Shown: piece after piece, positions 56,824 through 64,000 of the stretch
How the letters are laid out: the number at the start of each line of letters is the position of its first letter
How positions within the stretch are numbered: position 1 is the first letter of the stretch
Translations under genes and position numbers: made by a program
Assembly: GCA_027491915.1 (NCBI GenBank)
Contig: JAOZGC010000002.1
Span: forward strand, 160,001 to 224,000
Reading direction: 5' to 3'
DNA: 64,000 nucleotides
Origin: Thermoproteota archaeon
GTDB lineage: Archaea > Korarchaeota > Korarchaeia > Korarchaeales > Korarchaeaceae
Notes under the pieces: model-generated
What the model was told of the DNA's origin: nothing
The model's database searches: none
The model's input: only the letters and a program-made list of their open reading frames with translations

Positions 56824-57588
56824 TTGAGCGGTACGGACGAGGCCCTGAGGATCCTGCGGAAGCTTGGGCTGTCGGGATACGAGTCCAGGGTTTACCTGTC
56901 CCTCTTAGGGGGGGCGTCCACCCCCAGGGAGATATCCGAGATTTCCGGAGTTCCCACGTCCAGGGTCTACGACGTCCTCTCCAGGCTCGCGGAGAAGGGC
57001 TTTGCAGTCAGGGTGTCGAGGTCTTCCTACTCCCCGGTGAGCCCCGCGGCGGCTGCCGCCTCCCTGGCCGCCAGGATAAGGGCCGCCGCCGACGTCCGGG
57101 CCGCGGAGGTGGAGTCGGCCGCCAGGAAGCTGGCTTCAATGCTCGAGCCGACCGAGGTCCCCAGGACAACGCTGGAACTGCTCAGGGGACTGCCCCAGAT
57201 AACGGCGAGGGTCATCTCCATCTCTAAGAGGGTGGATCGGATGTATTTCATCGTGAGGAAGGCCCTAGAGGCCCTCCCAGAGCTGAGACCTATGGTCGGC
57301 TCCATCGGTCGGAGGGGGATCGACATAAGGGTCATAGTCCCCCCGGATCCGGGGCTTTCCGACCGAGAGCTCGCCCTGGCGAGGGAGGCAGACATCGAGG
57401 TGCGGGTGTCCGCCGAGACCCCCTTCGACGCGGCGATCGCCGGGGGGAGGTACTTCCTGCTGGGCATACCAGATCCCGCTTATCCCCTCCCGGACAAGGC
57501 GGTCGCGATACTGATAGACGACGTTCCCTTTGCCTCCACGGTCGAGAGGTACTTCCTCCGACTCTGGGGGGAGTCTCGACCACCGTAG
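56824..57588 (+). CDS. TrmB-family transcriptional regulator
   Basis: LGLSGYESRVYLSLL...EISEISGVPTSRVYDVLSRL..KG; PLD-like effector domain; TTG start 56824. Confidence 0.88.
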   Translation: MSGTDEALRILRKLGLSGYESRVYLSLLGGASTPREISEISGVPTSRVYDVLSRLAEKGFAVRVSRSSYSPVSPAAAAASLAARIRAAADVRAAEVESAARKLASMLEPTEVPRTTLELLRGLPQITARVISISKRVDRMYFIVRKALEALPELRPMVGSIGRRGIDIRVIVPPDPGLSDRELALAREADIEVRVSAETPFDAAIAGGRYFLLGIPDPAYPLPDKAVAILIDDVPFASTVERYFLRLWGESRPP

Positions 57589-57637
57589 CCGGCCAAACTT
57601 TTTTACCACTATTCGGTGGTAATGAGGGCAGGTGTGC

Positions 57638-58600
57638 ATGAGCCGCGGGACCGCCGTCCTCCTCTCCCTGATTATGGCCGTCTTCCTGGCCTCATACCTT
57701 CTAATCTCCCCGCCGAGAGAAAAACAGATCAGGATCGGAACGATACTGGGGGGAGTTTCCACCCTGGACGTCATGGCGGGGGAGGGTCCACTGGGGGACT
57801 CCCAGGTGGAGGTGAGGGAGATCCAATTCGAGAAGACCCTGGACCTGGCCCGGGCCCTCTCCACCGGAGAGGTCGACGTCGCGGTCATCCCCATTGAGAT
57901 GGCGGCCAAGCTCAGGCAGGGGGGGGCCGACGTTCTGGTCGTCGCGGTCGACATGTTTCAGAATCAGGCCGTGTTGGTCGGACGGGAGTCCGACATACGC
58001 TCGCCCGGCGATCTCGCCGGTAGGGTCGTCGGGGTTTTCACCCCCACCGGAACCTACGCCATGTTCAGGGCCTACATGAGGGAGATATACGGGATCGATC
58101 CAGAGGAAGACATGATCCTCGTGGACGAACCTCCTCCCTCCCTGATCCAGGCCTTCTCCGACGGAGAACTCGACGCCGTCGTCCTGTGGGAGCCCCTCGT
58201 CTCCAAGGCGCTGGCCTCCGGCGGCAGGATGCTGGTAAACTTCTCGGACCTCTGGTCGGAGTGGGCCGGCGGGGGGAGGCCGGTCATGATAGTCTACGCG
58301 GCCAACGGGAACTTCGTCAGGTCTCACCCGGACCTGCTGGACGAACTCGTGGGACTCAGGATGGAGGCGGCCCGATTTTGGAACTCCCACAGGGAGTCGA
58401 TCCTCGACATGCTGGAGGAAAATTACGGCCTGACGCGGCCCGCGGCGGAGTCGGCTTACGACAGGGTGTCGATATGGGAAGGTCCCCTGACGGACGACGT
58501 GGTGCGGGCCTCCATGAAGGTTCTGAGGCTGGCCTGGTTGGGCGGCTACCTCCGGGAGGATCCGGAGGGTCTGGGAGAGACCTTCTTCTGGAGGGGGTAG
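57638..58600 (+). CDS. ABC transporter substrate-binding protein (SsuA/NMT1-like)
   Basis: N-terminal TM, GEVDVAV, DLAGRVVG, GELDAVVLWEP. Confidence 0.88.
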   Translation: MSRGTAVLLSLIMAVFLASYLLISPPREKQIRIGTILGGVSTLDVMAGEGPLGDSQVEVREIQFEKTLDLARALSTGEVDVAVIPIEMAAKLRQGGADVLVVAVDMFQNQAVLVGRESDIRSPGDLAGRVVGVFTPTGTYAMFRAYMREIYGIDPEEDMILVDEPPPSLIQAFSDGELDAVVLWEPLVSKALASGGRMLVNFSDLWSEWAGGGRPVMIVYAANGNFVRSHPDLLDELVGLRMEAARFWNSHRESILDMLEENYGLTRPAAESAYDRVSIWEGPLTDDVVRASMKVLRLAWLGGYLREDPEGLGETFFWRG

Positions 58601-59322
58601 GCTGGATCTCGGCAGTCGCCACCCTCCTGCTCGGATGGGAGGTGATCGCCGACGTCACCAGGTCGATCCCCGGCCCCTGGAGGACTGCCCTCTACCTGGC
58701 GAGCGCAGATCCGGCAGTCCTGGCTCGGGCAGCGTTCATCACCCTGAGAAACGCCTTCCTCGGCTTCTCTCTCGCCGTGGCCGCGGCCGCCATCCTGACC
58801 TTCATCTCCCGGCTTAGTCCCCTGGCGGCGCGCTACGTCCTCGCCCTGAACACCATCGTGCAGAGCGTTTCGGTCCTCGTGTGGGCCATAGTGGCCATCA
58901 TGATATTTGGGGTGCTCAGTCCGGTTCCGCCGGTGCTCGTGTCGGCGGCGGCCGTCTTCCCCCCGACCCTCTCCAACTTCTTGGAGGCGCTCAGGGCTGT
59001 GGACCGCAGGCTCATGGACCTGGCCAGGATACTCGGCGCCGGAAGGTTGGACGAGTTCAGGCACATAATAGTGCCAGCCAGCGTTCCATACCTTGCGGCC
59101 GCCACCAGGAGCGGCCTCGGACTGGCCCTGAGGATAAGCGTCGTCGCCGAGGCCTTCGGCGGATCTGGCGGGGTGGGATTCATGATAGTTCGCAGCTACA
59201 ACCTGATGGAACCGGCCGGGGTCCTCGCGTGGGCCTCCCTCCTGGTCGTCATCATGGTCCTCATGGACGGGCTCTTCCTCACGAGGTTGGTCGGGGTGGC
59301 CGAGAGATGGAGATTGCCGTAG
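58588..59322 (+). CDS. ABC transporter permease (SsuC/TauC-like)
   Basis: Multiple TMs, EAA-loop region LARILGA...IIVP..VP, VVAEAFG..GVG; start uncertain. Confidence 0.88.
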   Translation: MEGVGWISAVATLLLGWEVIADVTRSIPGPWRTALYLASADPAVLARAAFITLRNAFLGFSLAVAAAAILTFISRLSPLAARYVLALNTIVQSVSVLVWAIVAIMIFGVLSPVPPVLVSAAAVFPPTLSNFLEALRAVDRRLMDLARILGAGRLDEFRHIIVPASVPYLAAATRSGLGLALRISVVAEAFGGSGGVGFMIVRSYNLMEPAGVLAWASLLVVIMVLMDGLFLTRLVGVAERWRLP

Positions 59323-59984
59323 AGGCGGCCGGCGTCTCCAAATCCTACTCGGGCAAGGAAGTCCTCTACGGGGTGTCCATGACCGTCGGCAGGGGGGAGG
59401 CGGTCGGAGTGGTCGGACCAAACGGGTGCGGAAAGACGACCCTGCTGAGGATACTCGCTGGGCTCGAGAAGCCGGACTCCGGCGAGGTCCGCGTGCTCGG
59501 GAGGGTGGGTATGGTCTTCCAGGAGGACCTACTCCTACCCTGGAAGAGCCTGGCCGACAACATAGGTCTGGGATTGACCTTCCGCCGCGCGCCCTCGGAG
59601 GAGGTCAGAAGGATCGTGCACGCCCTGGCGGAGGACCTCGGGATCTCACAGTACCTTGGCCTCTACCCGCACCAGGTCAGCGGGGGGACCGCCAGGAAAG
59701 CCGCGCTCGCCCGCGCGCTCGCGACCGATCCGGACGTCCTCCTCCTGGACGAGCCCTATGCTGGCCTGGACGCGGACTCCCGGGCCTCCCTCAACCTGAG
59801 CCTCTCCTCCCTCGCGCGGGGGGGGACGACGATGCTGCTGGTCTCGCATCAGCTGGACGAGCTGCTCTGGCTGGTGGACCGAATGTACGTCCTCACCCCC
59901 CCTCCGGCCCGGGTCAGGGCGGAGGTGAGGCTCAGGGGAATGGACTGGGATGAGAGGAAGAGGGCGATCTTGGAGGTCATCTGA
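59307..59984 (+). CDS. ABC transporter ATP-binding protein (SsuB/TauB-like)
   Basis: GPNGCGKTT, VFQ, VSGG, LLLDEP, VSH. Confidence 0.92.
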   Translation: MEIAVEAAGVSKSYSGKEVLYGVSMTVGRGEAVGVVGPNGCGKTTLLRILAGLEKPDSGEVRVLGRVGMVFQEDLLLPWKSLADNIGLGLTFRRAPSEEVRRIVHALAEDLGISQYLGLYPHQVSGGTARKAALARALATDPDVLLLDEPYAGLDADSRASLNLSLSSLARGGTTMLLVSHQLDELLWLVDRMYVLTPPPARVRAEVRLRGMDWDERKRAILEVI

Positions 59985-61227
59985 GCGCCCCCCCGACCTC
60001 CCCCGTCGTGGGGGCGCCCAATTCGCGGACGGCCCTGGCGACCTCCCCCGCCACCTCGGCGAGGGCGTACACCCTGAGCACGTCGGGGACCTCGGCGATC
60101 CTCCGGGACATGAGGCCTCCAGGGGCCTCATCCAGCGGGACGAGCTCTCCCCCCGGCAGCTCCACCAGGATCTGCTCCACCTTGGACCTCCTTATTCCCG
60201 GCCTGCCGACAAAGATGAATTCCCTCTCAACTCCTGCCCCGATCGATATTACCCCCGGGAGGTCTTCGATCTCAGAGAACCTCTCATACGCCTCATCCCC
60301 CTCCGTGAGTTCGGCGACGAGCCTCGGAGGGATCCTCTCGAGCAGGCACGTGGCCGTCCTGTCCGACCCGGCCCTCTCCCTCACGATCCGCCAGAAGGCG
60401 TGGTCGTCGAACCTCTCCCACCCACCCGACCTAACGAGGTTGACCAGCGACCTGCCAGCGGGCATCTCCCCCTCTTGGACGGCCTCGCTGTACAGCTTCC
60501 GCGCGAGCAGTTCGAAGGCAACCACCGTCCGGTGATGGTAGACCGCCCTGAACATGAATCTCCTGGCGAGGAGGAAGTGTTCGACCGCGTGCATGGCCCT
60601 GAGACCGACCTTCAGCCTGGGCCTACCGCCCACGTTCGCCGCCGACACGACCCTCAGCAGCCTGTCGACGTCCGGCCTGCCGTACACCGCCCCGGTGTGC
60701 AGGCTGTCCCTGAGGAGGTAATCTATCCTATCGGAGTCCAGGGCCGAGGACACTATCAGCGAGGTTACCCCAGGATTCGGCCCCCAGGCTATCCGCGCCA
60801 CTTCCCTCGGGTCGTACCCGCCGTCGGATAAGATCTCCCCCAAGGAAGTCCCCAGGACCACCTCCCTCCCGAGGTCCTCGTGGGAGATCCCGGCCGCCGC
60901 CTCCAGGGTGTGCGACAGGGGGAGCTGACCGACGTCATGGAGCAGGGCCGCGATGCGGACGAGCTCTATCTCCTCCGGGTCTTCCAACCCCACCACCGTC
61001 CTGGCCATCCTGTCGGCGACGAACATCGTACCGAGGGAGTGAGCGAACCTGGTGTGGGTGGCTCCCGGGTACACCAGGTGCGCCAGCCCCAGCTGAGCCA
61101 CCCGCCTCAGCCTCTGAAACTCCGGGGAGTCTATTATCCTCCTCTCCAGCTCCGTGACCTCTATCGGACCGTGGACGTTGTCGTAGATGTAGACGCGGTC
61201 GCGTCCCTCGCCGGGGAGGGGGGACAT
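59977..61227 (-). CDS. HD-domain dNTP triphosphohydrolase-like protein (COG1078/SAMHD1-like)
   Basis: DNVHG, FQRLRRVAQLG, HTRFAHSLG, LLHDVG, SH, DSDRIDYLLRD. Confidence 0.9.
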   Translation of the reverse strand: MSPLPGEGRDRVYIYDNVHGPIEVTELERRIIDSPEFQRLRRVAQLGLAHLVYPGATHTRFAHSLGTMFVADRMARTVVGLEDPEEIELVRIAALLHDVGQLPLSHTLEAAAGISHEDLGREVVLGTSLGEILSDGGYDPREVARIAWGPNPGVTSLIVSSALDSDRIDYLLRDSLHTGAVYGRPDVDRLLRVVSAANVGGRPRLKVGLRAMHAVEHFLLARRFMFRAVYHHRTVVAFELLARKLYSEAVQEGEMPAGRSLVNLVRSGGWERFDDHAFWRIVRERAGSDRTATCLLERIPPRLVAELTEGDEAYERFSEIEDLPGVISIGAGVEREFIFVGRPGIRRSKVEQILVELPGGELVPLDEAPGGLMSRRIAEVPDVLRVYALAEVAGEVARAVRELGAPTTGEVGGALR

Positions 61228-61231
61228 TCCC

Positions 61232-62344
61232 TCACACCTCGACCACCATGAGATCCTCTCCCTTTCTCCCTTCCTTTTCCCCCTCTAAGCCCTCCCCCGG
61301 CAGGGCGAAGGCCCCCACCACGGCCGCCACGCCTGAGAGGAGCAAGATCGCCCTAACGGAGTCCATCCACGTCGGCGGACCGGCGCCTCCTCCCTGAGCC
61401 TGCTCGGGTCCAGCCTCACCCTCAGAGACGTTTATCGTGGTCTCCGCTATAACCTCGCCGTTGCTGAGCGCCTGGACGGTCATAGTCGGAGCCGTTGCCG
61501 GAAACGTCAGGTTCAGGACCTCCCCGGCCTCCAGGTATATCTTCCTGGCCTGTTCCTCCCCCCCACCGGACACCCTCAGGATCACGGAGCCGGCGCCGCC
61601 CCTGTTGACCACCTCCACCACGGCCTCGCTCCCCGATATCCTCCCGGAGAGACTCACCTCCATCCCTGCCCTGGCGGCCACGAAGTTCGGGAGGCCCAGC
61701 AAGAAGACGTACCTGTCGGGGGCTTCTGGCTCGTTGTAGTTCTCCCAGAGGAGATACCTCTCCCCCTCCTGCGTCGGCCCGTGGGCCGACGTCGGTTCCC
61801 AGGTGAAGTTAACCACCTCAACCCCATCTCCGAACTCGAACGATATGACGTCTATCCAGCTCCTCGGATCTATGCTGGTGAAGCTGTCCCTGACCGTCAC
61901 CTCGTATCTCCCTCCCCCCAGGTCCCTGAGGAACTCCGACGTGTTCAGGTACACCCTCAGCCTGAGCACGACGGCCCCGTCAAACTCGTCCATCTCCCCC
62001 CTGTTCAACGCGTCGCAGAGGACGGTCTCGTTCTCCATGAGCGAGAAGTGGGACAGGACGTCGTACCTCACCTTGGTCGGATCGGAGGCGAACATTAGGA
62101 GGACGTCCCTTACCGCGCCCTCCTCCTCCCTCATGAGTCGGGAGACAACCTCCTCATCTTCTATCAGGCTCCTCCCCCGCAAGTCGAAGGGGTGCTCCTT
62201 GACCTTGACCACGGTGGTTCCGTCCGCCGCGAACGCGACGTCGAAATTGAGCGCTATCCAAAACCTCTCCTGCTGCGCCCGGACGGAGCCGGCCGGGAGC
62301 GCGAGGACGAGCAGGGTGATCGCGATGGGGATTCTCTCGTCCAA
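61232..62344 (-). CDS. Hypothetical exported protein with C-terminal TM anchor
   Basis: Signal peptide ending VRA-QQ, CARDB-like segment, C-terminal TM. Confidence 0.7.
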   Translation of the reverse strand: MDERIPIAITLLVLALPAGSVRAQQERFWIALNFDVAFAADGTTVVKVKEHPFDLRGRSLIEDEEVVSRLMREEEGAVRDVLLMFASDPTKVRYDVLSHFSLMENETVLCDALNRGEMDEFDGAVVLRLRVYLNTSEFLRDLGGGRYEVTVRDSFTSIDPRSWIDVISFEFGDGVEVVNFTWEPTSAHGPTQEGERYLLWENYNEPEAPDRYVFLLGLPNFVAARAGMEVSLSGRISGSEAVVEVVNRGGAGSVILRVSGGGEEQARKIYLEAGEVLNLTFPATAPTMTVQALSNGEVIAETTINVSEGEAGPEQAQGGGAGPPTWMDSVRAILLLSGVAAVVGAFALPGEGLEGEKEGRKGEDLMVVEV

Positions 62345-62348
62345 GCGA

Positions 62349-63431
62349 CTACCCTCCCTCCCCAGAGGAGAACTCGAACCTCATGTAGATCAGCTCAGAG
62401 TATCCCGGAATGCAGTAGTCGGCTATCGTGGATCCCCTGAACTTTCTCTCCTCCACCGAGTACAGGATGTGCCTCCACGAGTAATCCCCCACCTTGGGCT
62501 GCAGGTACTCCAACATCTCAACGTCGATCCAACCCCACGGGGGGATGTAAACCTGAGGCCATGTGTGCCCCCCCCAGTGGGAGACCACCTCCTGACTCTC
62601 GTTGTCTTCCAGGCTCAAGTTCAACCAGTAGACCTGATGCTCCCTGTTCTCCAGCAGAAATCCGAATACGGTCCTCGCTGGGACTCCGGAGATCCTCATC
62701 ATGGTGACGAACGTGTCGGCCACCTCGTTGCAGTCCCCCTCTATCTGTGGGATTCCGTCTATCTTTTTTATGGCCCGGTCCACCCCCTTCCTGGGGCCAA
62801 CCTCGTAGTTCACCCGCTCCGTTATCCACTCGGCCACCCGCTCCGCTATCCTGACCGGATTGTCCTCACCGTCGACCACGGATCTCGCGAGACGCCTCAC
62901 GGTCTCGTTGTCCACGTCCCAGAACATGGTCTTGCCAGTGTACCTCTCGACCACGTCTGCGGGGGGCCACCTGGCGGCGGCGTAATTGTAGTGGATCTTG
63001 TACGTCTCGACGGTGACCCTGAAGGTGACGTTGAGCCAGATGCTCTCGCCCGGGTCGAAGCGATACTCATAGAGGGCGAATGGATTCCCCTCCTCATCTT
63101 GCTGTATCGAGCTGACGGGGAGGGTAGATTCCACCATCACCGCGTGCTGGTGGGACGAGTTCTGTGGCATTGGGAGGTATATGAAGTCGTTGAGGGAGGA
63201 ATTCAGCTCGTTCCTGAGGAGGAAACTCTCCCTGACGAGGTAGGTCACGTTCTCCTCCTCCACGCTCCCAGGATCCGTCGGCGGTGGGGTCCAGTTGCCG
63301 CCCCCGGGGATCTGGGGCCGATGGGGTGGTCTAGTCTGATTCCCCCCGGGCCGGGGGGTCAGCAGACCGGTAGCGTACCAAGACGATATCAGCAGGATCC
63401 CCAGAAAGAGAACCGCCTTGTTAATCCTCAT
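62349..63431 (-). CDS. Transglutaminase-like domain exported protein
   Basis: GDCNE (Cys), HTWPQV (His), WIDVE (Asp) triad; N-terminal TM and Pro-rich linker. Confidence 0.88.
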   Translation of the reverse strand: MRINKAVLFLGILLISSWYATGLLTPRPGGNQTRPPHRPQIPGGGNWTPPPTDPGSVEEENVTYLVRESFLLRNELNSSLNDFIYLPMPQNSSHQHAVMVESTLPVSSIQQDEEGNPFALYEYRFDPGESIWLNVTFRVTVETYKIHYNYAAARWPPADVVERYTGKTMFWDVDNETVRRLARSVVDGEDNPVRIAERVAEWITERVNYEVGPRKGVDRAIKKIDGIPQIEGDCNEVADTFVTMMRISGVPARTVFGFLLENREHQVYWLNLSLEDNESQEVVSHWGGHTWPQVYIPPWGWIDVEMLEYLQPKVGDYSWRHILYSVEERKFRGSTIADYCIPGYSELIYMRFEFSSGEGG

Positions 63432-63533
63432 GTCGGGCCCCGGCGCCGCCCCCACTGATATACCTTCCCTTCACCCTGGCCGCCTCGGGGCGCGATCGAT
63501 CGAGGAAAAAGAGAGGGGAGGGAGAAGGGGTCC

Positions 63534-64000
63534 TCACGTGGGCGGGATCTCCTGAAACAGGGTCTTCACGTCCACCCCCCTCTTCTGGTTGTAGACCACG
63601 TACCCCACGAACACGGCGGCCCCGATGGAGTAGAACAGAGCTATCCAGAACATGTCCGATATGGTGGCGTTGGCCCCGACGAGCGCGAGGTAGAGCCACA
63701 GGTTGAACAGGACCGTCAGTATCCCCGCTATGGACATCACGGGGACGCCGGCCACCTCGTGCCTCAGGGGGCTCCTCTCGTAGAGGTCTCTCCTCATGAA
63801 CGGGAGCACGACGGCCGCCATCCCGCCGAACACCGAGGGGAACCACCAGAGGTAGGTGGATATGCCGTCCATGGTGTTGATGAATCCGACGGCCCCCGAG
63901 TATCCTATCTTCTCCGCGAGCCACCACCATATAACGCTGATCTCACCTATCGCCGTCGCCAGCATCACCGAGTAGGTGGGAGAGCCGTACTTGTTGACCT
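63534..64000 (-). CDS. APC-family amino acid permease, C-terminal part (truncated by window end)
   Basis: NKYGSP, multiple TMs, C-terminal KRGVDVKTLFQEIPP. Confidence 0.8.
   Translation of the reverse strand, partial: VNKYGSPTYSVMLATAIGEISVIWWWLAEKIGYSGAVGFINTMDGISTYLWWFPSVFGGMAAVVLPFMRRDLYERSPLRHEVAGVPVMSIAGILTVLFNLWLYLALVGANATISDMFWIALFYSIGAAVFVGYVVYNQKRGVDVKTLFQEIPPT

Noticed and set aside
61803-63458. 551-aa plus-strand ORF and many other long antisense or alternate-frame ORFs
   Set aside because: Stop-poor shadows expected at high GC; they have no motifs and overlap well-supported genes.
1-64000. CRISPR arrays, IS elements, integrases, inteins, in-frame Sec/Pyl recoding
   Set aside because: I saw no repeat-spacer arrays, transposase or integrase motifs, oversized insertions in the polymerases or synthetases, or interrupted conserved frames.

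Overview
A 64-kb, GC-rich, very gene-dense chromosomal segment from a TACK-type archaeon, probably thermophilic. The assignment rests on PolB1, eS26/eS17, a crenarchaeal-style EMHKS IleRS, GatDE and a stand-alone 5S rRNA; Korarchaeota-like is only a guess. It is mostly housekeeping: iorAB-HMGS-thiolase-DUF35-HMGR-gatDE, two family-B DNA polymerases, a truncated S10-type ribosomal operon, four aminoacyl-tRNA synthetases, dnaG-pelota, thiI, Thg1, AMP phosphorylase, gdhA, a UbiD/UbiA-TrmB-ABC cluster and several surface proteins. I saw no CRISPR array, IS element, provirus or tRNA. The most striking unexplained signal is a series of sharp 60-120 bp AT-rich islands (about 25-30% GC by hand count) inside otherwise GC-rich, intact conserved genes, where nearly every codon switches to an A/T ending. 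Also notable are an unannotated H/ACA-like guide RNA upstream of dnaG, a highly structured 420-bp intergenic region, a proofreading-dead second PolB, and several apparent pseudo-enzymes (TtuA/Ncs6-like, DHH-like, GlcD/GlcF-like). All calls come from reading the sequence and recognising motifs; no database searches were run.
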